A stretch of DNA of 63,740 bases from a virus (Duplodnaviria > Caudoviricetes): positions 1 to 63,740 of the IMG/VR virus record IMGVR_UViG_3300032330_001642; one strand, given 5' to 3'. Position 1 is the first letter of the stretch. Every line of letters starts with the position of its first letter. Shown in pieces: positions 9,914-17,643 of the stretch. Under the pieces are notes generated by a model, which did not search any database, had not been told where the DNA came from, and worked only from the letters and a program-made list of their open reading frames with translations. A program made the position numbers and the translations under genes.

Positions 9914-10771
9914 TTAGAATTTGTTCCCACAAGAAGAACAAAATTTATCGGAATCTTTTTTTCTTTTTTTTCCACAGTTAGTACAATATACTTTTAAGTC
10001 TTGTTTTTCAAAAACTTTTTGTGACACCGGAAGAATCTTCCATATTGATGTTGCACAAGTGTAATGATTAAAAGTTTTATCCACAGTTTTGAATGATTGG
10101 TCAGATGAACCACCTTTTTCAACTCTACCGGTTTCTACTGAATCCATCGATAACATATCCATAGTAACTTCACTACGAGAATTACCTTTAGATTTTTTTA
10201 ATCTTGATGTTGCACTTCGTAAGTTTGGTCCAGCAAAAGTGTTACTCATTGATGTGGTATTAAAATTAACACCCGCAGTATTAGATGTTGATGTAAATGA
10301 TACATTATTACTTAATGTTGTATGAGCGTAACCACCTGAAAAAGTATTGGTGTTATAAAGATGAACCGGACCACCAAATGACCCCCCAACATAAGTTATA
10401 GGGTTACTCCACACCGGTTGTTTATATTCATCAAAGAAGTCAATAACAACATCCCCATTTCCGGCGATGGCATCCAATACCTCATTTGATGTTCCGTCAA
10501 CCTCATAGGTCTCAAACTTAAATTTACGTGGGTCATCAAGATATCTCTCAAGAAATACTCTTTGTCCCGGTTTAAGAACAATTCCTCCTCCGGAGATATA
10601 ACTTCCGTCAAGTTTGATTTTTGCTAATACTGTGGTTGATGATGGGTTAAATAATTCTAGTTCGAATTCATCCCCATTGTTTAGATAGACAGTTTGTCCA
10701 AATTGTTTAAGACGTTTTCTGTCTTTTGTGATGTACGCAGAAGGCGTACCTGTTTTTGTTTGGTAATACAT
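9914..10771 (-). CDS. hypothetical protein with C-terminal zinc ribbon
   Basis: CTNCG...FCSSCG at the C-terminus. Confidence 0.75.
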   Translation of the reverse strand: MYYQTKTGTPSAYITKDRKRLKQFGQTVYLNNGDEFELELFNPSSTTVLAKIKLDGSYISGGGIVLKPGQRVFLERYLDDPRKFKFETYEVDGTSNEVLDAIAGNGDVVIDFFDEYKQPVWSNPITYVGGSFGGPVHLYNTNTFSGGYAHTTLSNNVSFTSTSNTAGVNFNTTSMSNTFAGPNLRSATSRLKKSKGNSRSEVTMDMLSMDSVETGRVEKGGSSDQSFKTVDKTFNHYTCATSIWKILPVSQKVFEKQDLKVYCTNCGKKRKKDSDKFCSSCGNKF

Positions 10772-10973
10772 AATTTCCTTATTTTATTTTTTATGTTTAT
10801 TGAACTTCACTTCGTTGGTATCATTTCCAACTCAAATGCCTCTTGGACACGTGAACCTCAGCAACAAGGTTTCATATATAACTATAAGGATGTTTTGTTT
10901 TTTATCAATAATAAAGTAAAAAAATTATAATAAAGTAGGTCACTTTATTGTGCAAAAACAACTTTATTATAAT

Positions 10974-11001
10974 AAAAAACCCCCAAGTTTCCTTGGAGGT
11001 T
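10974..11001 (-). terminator. terminator ending tRNA operon A
   Basis: AACCTCCAAG-GAAA-CTTGGGGGTT followed by a T tract on the minus strand. Confidence 0.7.
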
Positions 11002-11010
11002 ATATTGATA

Positions 11011-11120
11011 TACGTAGGGTTTACGGGTACCTACCCTGATTAATGACAATCAGACCGTCGTTCACTGTTTGTGAGAACCTAACGACAGATACTGTATTTG
11101 CTCACACGCAAGTATCTCCT
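11011..11120 (-). ncRNA. candidate structured RNA with kissing loops
   Basis: hairpins AGATACT/AGTATCT, GTCGTT/AACGAC and CTGATT/AATCAG; loop complementarity TGTGAG/CTCACA. Confidence 0.45.
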
Positions 11121-11122
11121 TG

Positions 11123-11194
11123 TGGTCCCGGGGAATCACGATATCCCAACCTTTTCGTTATGAGCGAACTGCTCCACCTTTGAGCTACGAGACC
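11123..11194 (-). tRNA. tRNA-CAT (Ile2 or Met), atypical T-loop
   Basis: GGTCTCG/CGGGACC acceptor; TTCG-CTCATAA-CGAA anticodon arm; T-loop ATCGTGA. Confidence 0.8.
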
Positions 11195-11233
11195 AATTAT
11201 GGGTTTTTAGTGTACCCATAAACACTTGAATAA

Positions 11234-11464
11234 CTATTGGTGGTGTTTGATATACCTACCAAATTTATCAACCCTCACAGAGAGTTTCTCCAATCTAAAG
11301 TTCCATTGTTTGAACTTTCCTAAGCCCGATTTCATTCGTGCTTGTTTAATCGCAGATTCTTCTGCCTTCTCACGTCCGTCTTCCGTAGTTTCTACGAAAA
11401 ACGTGGGAGCCTGAACACCGTATCTCACGGGAACTACTCTCCAAATTCTCAATTTCTGAGTCAT
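11234..11464 (-). CDS. small basic protein behind a TAG-uORF/hairpin switch
   Basis: 76-aa ORF whose start abuts a hairpin containing the uORF stop. Confidence 0.7.
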   Translation of the reverse strand: MTQKLRIWRVVPVRYGVQAPTFFVETTEDGREKAEESAIKQARMKSGLGKFKQWNFRLEKLSVRVDKFGRYIKHHQ

Positions 11465-11484
11465 AATACTTGAATAATCAAGTA

Positions 11485-11514
11485 CTACGTGGAGTTTGGT
11501 TGTTGGTTTTTCAT
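11485..11514 (-). promoter_or_regulatory. uORF MKNQQPNST-TAG with its stop in a 10-bp hairpin
   Basis: TAGTACTTGA-TTAT-TCAAGTATTA ends on the A of the downstream ATG. Confidence 0.65.
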
Positions 11515-11648
11515 ATTAGTAATATAATCAATTAAATATAAATATCAAACATATGGAGGTCTATCTCCTCAACATTTTCATTGGTACTGTTTTATGTGTG
11601 CCTCACGTGATTACTAATGTCACTGTCGCTTTAATGTTTGAAATTTTG

Positions 11649-11728
11649 TATCCCCGGTGGGAGTCGAACCCACACGCCGAAGCAACAAGTTTTAAGCCTG
11701 TCGTGTATACCAGTTTCACCACGGGGAT
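11649..11728 (-). tRNA. tRNA-Leu(TAA)
   Basis: cloverleaf; loop CTTAAAA; long variable arm. Confidence 0.92.
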
Positions 11729-11948
11729 GTGTTTCCCCCAATGAGATTAGTTTGGGGTAGATATTCTCGGTTTTTCCTATTGAAATACCCTACGCGTCTT
11801 ACCGCTTAAAAAGTCAACCATTACTAGGAGGTGAGTTGGTAGTCTCCCTATTAACCCTAAGACCCCCTCTGTAAAACCGTTTGAGGCGTCAGCTACATCT
11901 TTGTTTAAGAAACGATGCCAAATCTGTTGAGTATCTCTCACTCAATTG

Positions 11949-12041
11949 TAGTCAGGACAGGACTCGAACCTGTAAGTACAGTTATACAGAACTGTGCATC
12001 CCTGTATGGATATTGCGTCTAACCAATTCCGCCACCCGACT
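11949..12041 (-). ncRNA. tRNA-Leu-like scaffold with non-canonical anticodon arm
   Basis: AGTCGGG-TGGCGGAATTGGTTAGACGC...ACAGG-TTCGAGT-CCTGT-CCTGACT; loop ATACAG is not a 7-nt anticodon loop. Confidence 0.7.
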
Positions 12042-12267
12042 ATATAGGACACGGGTTCGGTTTCCCCATATGTGTCCATACTTTTAGTAGTTGTGTTATT
12101 TTAAGAGAAATAACCCGGTACCCACCGAAGAACCCGTATTTTTTGTTCCGCACAAAAATTTGTAAAAAGGCCGTATTGTCGTTTAGTCTATTTCAACCGT
12201 CCGAGTTCTACATTTTACATCCAAGAACCCATACCCTCATACGAAGAGAACGAAAGTGGATGACCTG

Positions 12268-12344
12268 ATGGTAAGGTGGGATTCGAACCCACATCCTTTC
12301 GGCCAACTAAGACCGAACGCTTTCACCATTTGAGCTTCTTACCA
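12268..12344 (-). ncRNA. tRNA-like RNA with enlarged anticodon loop
   Basis: TGGTAAG/CTTACCA acceptor, canonical T arm, TTCGG-TCTTAGTTGG-CCGAA (10-nt loop). Confidence 0.7.
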
Positions 12345-12574
12345 AACATTTTGGAAAAACTGATGGTTACGTTTACCATCTTTGACTTGAGTTTGTCTTT
12401 ATCATTTTTCCGTTTTTTTTGAGAGATTTCCTCTTGAAGTAATGTCAATCTCGTCCTAAACCACACCATCCTTTCTTTTAAGGCTAAGAAACTTCTAACT
12501 ACCTATTTGTCCCCACTGATTTTTCTTAACCACAAAAAACAGACTCACAAACTGAACTCACAAAAAACGACTCG

Positions 12575-12691
12575 TGGATAGAGTAGGATTCGAACCTACA
12601 ATAGTACCATACTTTTTCACCTGCCGGTTACTTCAAGGACTCGAACCTCATATTCCGATGCCTCGGACGCTTTACCATTTACCACCTACCC
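12575..12691 (-). ncRNA. tRNA-like RNA with a second, nested T arm
   Basis: GGGTAGG/TCTATCC acceptor; internal GAGG-TTCGAGT-CCTT plus terminal GTAGG-TTCGAAT-CCTAC; no anticodon loop. Confidence 0.6.
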
Positions 12692-12697
12692 ATTTTG

Positions 12698-12769
12698 AGC
12701 TTCCACGAGGAATCGAACCCCGTTATCTTGTGTACAAAACAAGCACATCACCATTTATGTTTTGGAAGC
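12698..12769 (-). tRNA. tRNA-Thr(TGT)
   Basis: cloverleaf; CTTGT-TTTGTAC-ACAAG. Confidence 0.88.
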
Positions 12770-12995
12770 CTGTCGCAGAGTATTTTTTTAAAGTAGAAGT
12801 CAACTCTGTCTCTTAAACTACTTATTGGTACTGGCACGGTTTCGGCCGAAACTCGGATTTGTACTTCATCCACAGGAATACCTGTCGCCAATTTCTTTAA
12901 CATCATCACTTCGGCCACATTGGGAGAACCGCAGTTCCCACGTTGTTTAAGGAGGTAGTTGGCGGTGTATCACACCGAGTTATGATAATGTATTG

Positions 12996-13069
12996 TACCC
13001 CAGGAGGGACTTGAACCCTCAAAAAACAATTTCTAAGACTGCCGTGTCTACCTATTCCACCACCGGGGC
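12996..13069 (-). tRNA. tRNA-Leu(TAG) lacking a long variable arm
   Basis: class II-type D arm; loop CTTAGAA; variable region is only a short T run. Confidence 0.8.
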
Positions 13070-13183
13070 TTTTTGGTGGGGCTCGACCCCACCTGTTTGA
13101 ATTACTTGCGATATGCTCTCACCCTTTTTCACCCAACTAGTATTTAGTGTGTGAGACCAAACTACCCTCATTCAACCCTTTTG

Positions 13184-13256
13184 TACCCCCAACTGGATTT
13201 GAACCAATATCGGACATCTTAGAAGGATGTGGCATTTCCATTTATGCTATGGAGGC
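13184..13256 (-). tRNA. tRNA-Arg(TCT)
   Basis: ACATC-CTTCTAA-GATGT. Confidence 0.9.
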
Positions 13257-13433
13257 AATTAAAATACTGCTGTGGAGCATCACCACAATCCACTACAAGG
13301 TTTTCCCCACTTTGGGCTGGCCGACCCAGGTTATGCCCTTATACCTTAACCTACGATTCTCTGCAGTTACGTAGCTCACTCAGGTGTGTGATAACAGGTG
13401 CTTATTTCATACCTATTTACGTCGTATTTTTTG

Positions 13434-13506
13434 AGACGATAGTCGGATTCGAACCGACATTATTCCACATTGGAAGTGTGGTGCCATACCTTTAGGCGAT
13501 ACCGTC
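13434..13506 (-). tRNA. tRNA-Gly(TCC), atypical acceptor stem
   Basis: CCACA-CTTCCAA-TGTGG; acceptor GACGGTA/TATCGTC. Confidence 0.8.
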
Positions 13507-14176
13507 ATTTTTTCTTTATAACTCGACCTAATCTCCATCCTTTAGGGATTAAATCACCTTTATAAATTTTTTTATTATCTGAACCATTAGTAATCCAACA
13601 AGTTCCGTATTGGGAATTTTTATTACCTTTTTGTTTTATTGAATTTTTCTTACCAATATTTTTTTTAGATTCTTCTTTATGTTTTTTACCTTTGAATGTT
13701 GAATGATTAAAACCGATTTCTTTTAATCGTTTCTTTATTTTTTCACTGTTTTCTTTTTGGTCATTTTCACTTAAAGAATTTTGATAATTTTTTGATATTA
13801 TTTTTCTAAAATCTTTACCGTATTTTTTTTCTAATATCTCATCAGTTATTCTTCTACCTTTTTTAACGGCTTTTAGATTAACAAAACCCCCTTGACCACC
13901 TTCTTTGAGATTCATACATAATTTATCTGTTAATAAAATTTTATTAACAATTTCACTCTCTCTAATTATCAGTTTTTCTCTTGTTGGTAAAAATTCTAAA
14001 ATTTCTTTTATATGATTTTCTTTCCCATACTTTCTAATAGAATATCTCAATCTTTTACCACTCCCTAAATAACCATCCTCTAAATTAGAGGTACTGTGCA
14101 TACCTATGTAATATCTTTTAGTTATATTACAAATTGTCTTGTAAATATAATGTATGTGAGGTTTTTTTCTTCCCAT
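13505..14176 (-). mobile_element. free-standing GIY-YIG homing endonuclease (Seg-like) with NUMOD3-like motif
   Basis: YIYKTICNITKRYYIGMH..YLGSG; FKGKKHKEESKKNIG; sits between two tRNA-Gly genes. Confidence 0.88.
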
Positions 14177-14233
14177 TTTGTCCTTTTATTATAAATATCT
14201 TAACCCATAGTAAAAGTACAAAAAAGTTCTCGG

Positions 14234-14305
14234 AGCGAGTAGAGAGAATCAAACTCTCGTCCTTAGGTTGGAAGCCTAATATAATAATCACTATACGATA
14301 CTCGC
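14234..14305 (-). tRNA. tRNA-Gly(TCC)
   Basis: GCGAGTA acceptor; TTAGG-CTTCCAA-CCTAA. Confidence 0.9.
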
Positions 14306-14391
14306 AGTTAAGATGAACTTCGGACTTGTGTACCGAATGAGACCCTTTAATTAAATCACTAACCCCGGGTGCGGTCTATTCATCTATTTTT

Positions 14392-14565
14392 TTATAACTT
14401 AGATTGGAGAATCCCCATCTCTTTTTCGATTCTTTTCTTATCAGAATCTGTTAATGGAACTTTTACGTCCCTTGTACCTTTTTGTGTTTTCACACCACTT
14501 TTCAGTTGGTGTTCTAACATAGACAATACTCTTGATTGTCTTGACCTTTGTTGAACTGTCGCCAT
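14392..14565 (-). CDS. small basic hypothetical protein (57 aa)
   Basis: MATVQQRSRQSRVLSMLEHQLKSG...; below ORF-track cutoff. Confidence 0.6.
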   Translation of the reverse strand: MATVQQRSRQSRVLSMLEHQLKSGVKTQKGTRDVKVPLTDSDKKRIEKEMGILQSKL

Positions 14566-14591
14566 ACGTTGGTTTTTAGATTAATAATTAG

Positions 14592-14664
14592 TAGCGGGAG
14601 GAGGACTCGAACCTCCGACCTTATGGTTATGAGCCACACGAGCTGCCAACTGCTCTATCCCACG
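14592..14664 (-). tRNA. tRNA-Met(CAT), initiator-like
   Basis: C1:T72 mismatch and fMet-like D arm; only two G-C pairs at the base of the anticodon stem. Confidence 0.85.
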
Positions 14665-14678
14665 ATGTTTATTCTTAG

Positions 14679-14748
14679 TAGCGTAGCGTGGACTCGAACC
14701 ACCCCCCAAGCTTATGAGACTTAGATGCAACCTTTACACTTTAACGCA
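14679..14748 (-). tRNA. degenerate tRNA-Met(CAT)
   Basis: loop CTCATAA and T arm present; weak acceptor pairing. Confidence 0.55.
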
Positions 14749-14758
14749 ATTTATTGTT

Positions 14759-14882
14759 TGTAATTAACATAGGCGGAACTCAAATCCTCTTACTCTTGTT
14801 TCCACGTTACCATATCATAAATTACCGAAGGATTATCCGTAACTTATTAGGCTCTCCCGCTAAGGACATTATGTTAATTACA
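14759..14882 (-). ncRNA. candidate structured RNA closed by a 13-bp stem
   Basis: TGTAATTAACATA/TATGTTAATTACA terminal inverted repeat. Confidence 0.5.
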
Positions 14883-14886
14883 TTTT

Positions 14887-14994
14887 GCTGATTAGTAAGG
14901 ATTTGAACCTTAATCCTCCTTCCCTTGTTGCCGTACATAATCTAGGGACTCGAACCCTAGCGGGGGATGGTGTGCACCATTACACTATAATCAA
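14887..14994 (-). ncRNA. tRNA-like RNA with a T-arm hairpin in place of the anticodon arm
   Basis: TTGATTA/TAATCAG acceptor, GTGT/ACAC D stem, internal CTAGGG-TTCGAGT-CCCTAG, terminal TAAGG-TTCAAAT-CCTTA. Confidence 0.6.
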
Positions 14995-15043
14995 TCGATG
15001 GTTTCGAACCCATCAGTCATAGGTTAATTACTCCTATGGTTTG

Positions 15044-15115
15044 CGGTCTATGAGAGAATCGAACTCTCATCTCTACCGTGACAGGGTAGCATCCTAGCCG
15101 TTGAACGAATAGACC
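15044..15115 (-). tRNA. tRNA-Asp(GTC)
   Basis: CTACC-CTGTCAC-GGTAG. Confidence 0.92.
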
Positions 15116-15244
15116 AAAATTACCTTTACATTTCAAAGGTTAATCAGGTTTAGTTGTGAACTTTCCTTTCAGTCGTTGTCTCATTTTTTTACGGGTCTTG
15201 TTATACGACAATTTCAACACATTGACCATACGTGTTGACAATCG

Positions 15245-15315
15245 TGGACACAGTGGGAATCGAACCCAAAACAATCTGATTGCAAATCAGTTGGACTGCC
15301 GTTGTCATCTGGCCC
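15245..15315 (-). tRNA. tRNA-Ala(TGC), irregular
   Basis: loop TTTGCAA; G3:U70 present; bulged acceptor. Confidence 0.7.
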
Positions 15316-15320
15316 ATACG

Positions 15321-15499
15321 ACACTTTATCAGATAGTGAGAAACTGGCTTTGTGTATTAAGGGAACACGATATGCTTAAAACCTCTTGTAGCCCCACCGG
15401 GAGTCGAACCCGACTTTTATGGATGAAAACCATATGTCCTAACCGATAGACGATAGGGCCAAATAACACTTTATCAGATAGTGAGAAACTGGCCTTGTG
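15321..15499. repeat. 28-bp identical repeat (15321-15348, 15466-15493) downstream of each tRNA-Glu
   Basis: ACACTTTATCAGATAGTGAGAAACTGGC occurs twice. Confidence 0.9.
15389..15460 (-). tRNA. tRNA-Glu(TTC)
   Basis: TATGG-TTTTCAT-CCATA. Confidence 0.92.
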
Positions 15500-15531
15500 C
15501 AATTAATGGGACACGTGGCTCATAACCATTG

Positions 15532-15603
15532 TAGCCCGTACGGGTTTCGAACCCGTGCCTCCTGATAGAAAGTCAGACGTGTTTACCTCTTCACTAACGG
15601 GCC
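15532..15603 (-). tRNA. tRNA-Glu(TTC)
   Basis: TCTGA-CTTTCTA-TCAGG. Confidence 0.88.
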
Positions 15604-15611
15604 ATTTTGTA

Positions 15612-15660
15612 TTACCAATATTTCAAATAACTTGTTTCTTTTTGATGGTACAAAGATAAT
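15612..15660 (-). promoter_or_regulatory. Bacteroidota-type promoter (TATCTTTG) plus boxA-like leader of tRNA operon A
   Basis: TAnnTTTG at 15651-15658; 25-mer AACAAGTTATTTGAAATATTGGTAA identical to 21672-21696. Confidence 0.7.
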
Positions 15661-15699
15661 ACTTTATTTCATTATACCAAACTTTTTTTAATCTTTTTT

Positions 15700-15852
15700 T
15701 TATCCTTCTCTATCTTCGATAGAAAACCCTGCACTATCGTATTCAGGTCCTTGGTCTTCTTCCGGAGTGACATTTACCAATCCGTATGTTACACCTAATA
15801 TGGGCGAATATTCCATCCCTAACTCTTCATTCATCGTTTTTTTGTCCGACAT
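15700..15852 (-). CDS. small acidic hypothetical protein (50 aa)
   Basis: MSDKKTMNEELGMEYSP...; TATCTTTG upstream. Confidence 0.5.
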   Translation of the reverse strand: MSDKKTMNEELGMEYSPILGVTYGLVNVTPEEDQGPEYDSAGFSIEDREG

Positions 15853-15915
15853 AATAATTACATTTTTAATTCGATACAAAGATAATACTTTTTTTTAATT
15901 CTCCAAATATAATGT

Positions 15916-15945
15916 AAAAAAAAATCCATCTCTTTTGGAGATGGA
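15916..15945 (-). terminator. attenuator terminator of leader A
   Basis: TCCATCTC-CAAAA-GAGATGGA followed by T9. Confidence 0.85.
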
Positions 15946-15980
15946 CCTTATCAGTTATTATTATGTTACTTAACAATACA

Positions 15981-16055
15981 TCATACCATCTCCGACCGAG
16001 TTGTATCTCTACCCTCCGCTCCTGTTAATAATAGTATTGTATTTAATGTTTGCAT
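15981..16055 (-). promoter_or_regulatory. leader peptide A (MQTLNTILLLTGAEGRDTTRSEMV)
   Basis: 24-aa ORF before the terminator; GGAGATGG is complementary to the terminator 5' arm; codons match operon A tRNAs. Confidence 0.8.
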
Positions 16056-16134
16056 TTTCTGTGTTATTGTAATTTTCTAATAAATATATACCTTTTTATA
16101 AAAGTGTCAAGTATTGGTAAAAAAAATTATAAAA

Positions 16135-16345
16135 AAAGTTTAACAACCCCGCCCTCGGGTCGTAGCGGGCAACTTGAGAATTACTTCTCGTGGGAATTCC
16201 GGAATTGGTTGTGTTCCTCACCGGCGTACCAGTCCTTATCTATCCTTTACCGTATTTATACGGTGCTACTGTTGGGAGGTCACCCCTATCAACACAACTA
16301 GTCCATTAGTTTTTAAGAGTATGGACACCCCGGTTGTTAAACTTT
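16135..16345 (-). ncRNA. candidate ~210-nt structured RNA
   Basis: 14-bp closing stem AAAGTTTAACAACC/GGTTGTTAAACTTT, GC-rich internal hairpins, no convincing ORF. Confidence 0.55.
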
Positions 16346-16353
16346 TTATTTTG

Positions 16354-16500
16354 TAAAAACAGACAGAATGATTTTCCGATATTTATCTTAGGGGCATCCT
16401 AGCAGTCACTCTACTTACCCTCGGCGGTCTCTTGGTTTGATTGACAATTCCAAACCTCACATCCATATTACCACTGATGTAAGTTATAGGTCTGTTTTTA
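16354..16500 (-). ncRNA. candidate structured RNA
   Basis: 11-bp closing stem TAAAAACAGAC/GTCTGTTTTTA. Confidence 0.45.
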
Positions 16501-16568
16501 TTTCTTCAGGAGAGACCCCCAAGGGATAACCATAACGGAATTACCCTTGACTCACTCTCCGTCTTCTG

Positions 16569-16637
16569 CACGCCATCAAAGAATCGAACTCTGTCCTATG
16601 GGTTTGGAATCCATTTGGCTACCTTAGCCTATGACGT
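16569..16637 (-). tRNA. tRNA-Trp(CCA)
   Basis: ATGGA-TTCCAAA-CCCAT; short D arm. Confidence 0.75.
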
Positions 16638-16645
16638 ATTTGTTG

Positions 16646-16715
16646 AGGTCTCGGTGAGAATCGAACTCACTCCGCTGATTTTGCAGACCAGCCGGCCGCC
16701 ACGACCATCAAGACC
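16646..16715 (-). tRNA. tRNA-Cys(GCA)
   Basis: loop CTGCAAA; U73. Confidence 0.85.
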
Positions 16716-16784
16716 ATTTAACCTACGACCCAAGGAACAGGAATTGTGTCCATAACATTCAATAAGCACTGTAGGTTTTCTATT

Positions 16785-17384
16785 TTAATCTAAACTACTT
16801 GGTAAATAAAGTAGTGTTGGATTTTTCTTTTGGATATCAACATCCGGGTAAAGTTTCTTAAACTCCAATACGTTGAACTTTCCGGTGATTATATGAAAAC
16901 CATTTTTTGTTGGAATCACTTTTTCAACTTTATTACCTACCGGTTGTATGTCATCTAAATCATTTAAGATTTTAATTAAAAACTTTTGGTCTGTAGTATC
17001 AACATCAACAATCCATCTTTTTTCCTGTGTTTTGATTTGACCCACAACCGAATCAAATAAACCCTTTTGGTTTTTTACACCATTTTTAATTCTCTCAGCT
17101 AACGACATCATCATTTCTAATGAAACATCCATATGGTTTTGTTTCTGAACGTGGATGTAAGCTCTTGCCTTGAACATCTCACATAATTGTTTGATTTCAT
17201 CGTATCTCTTATCAAGATGTTCTATACTATCAATACAATATGTTTTGATTGTTCTAACCGATTGGTGATTATCTCTCTCACCTTCAGGTTGGTCTTTCTT
17301 TCTCTTGAAAACGTATAACATATAGAAATCGTTTTTGTCCGAGAAATTCAGTAATTCTTTGATTTCTTTTATATTATCTATCAT
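16785..17384 (-). CDS. hypothetical protein, possible AEP primase-like fold
   Basis: WIVDVD and PTKNGFH motifs. Confidence 0.5.
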   Translation of the reverse strand: MIDNIKEIKELLNFSDKNDFYMLYVFKRKKDQPEGERDNHQSVRTIKTYCIDSIEHLDKRYDEIKQLCEMFKARAYIHVQKQNHMDVSLEMMMSLAERIKNGVKNQKGLFDSVVGQIKTQEKRWIVDVDTTDQKFLIKILNDLDDIQPVGNKVEKVIPTKNGFHIITGKFNVLEFKKLYPDVDIQKKNPTLLYLPSSLD

Positions 17385-17385
17385 C

Positions 17386-17628
17386 TTAATATCCTATTTC
17401 ATCTTTAATCTTCCACTGTTCTTCCGGGGTCAATCTTTCAATTCTCTCAACCGGAACAAATCCATCTAATCTTTGTTCTTTAACATCTTCAAAATGTTCT
17501 ATGGTATCCAAACGATACCCGAACTTATATCGGATGTATTGAAACTTCTCTCCGTCCCAATAAGCCATATAATTGTTTCTACAGAAACCCTTATACCACC
17601 CTTCTTTCATTTCATTTTTTGGTATCAT
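17386..17628 (-). CDS. hypothetical protein
   Basis: 80-aa ORF in an operon-like run. Confidence 0.65.
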   Translation of the reverse strand: MIPKNEMKEGWYKGFCRNNYMAYWDGEKFQYIRYKFGYRLDTIEHFEDVKEQRLDGFVPVERIERLTPEEQWKIKDEIGY

Positions 17629-17643
17629 TATTTCTAATATTTT

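Noticed and set aside
16135-16500. tmRNA or RNase P RNA
   Set aside because: No GGGG...TTCGA..CCACCA tRNA-like ends with a tag ORF, and no GAGGAAAGTCC motif.
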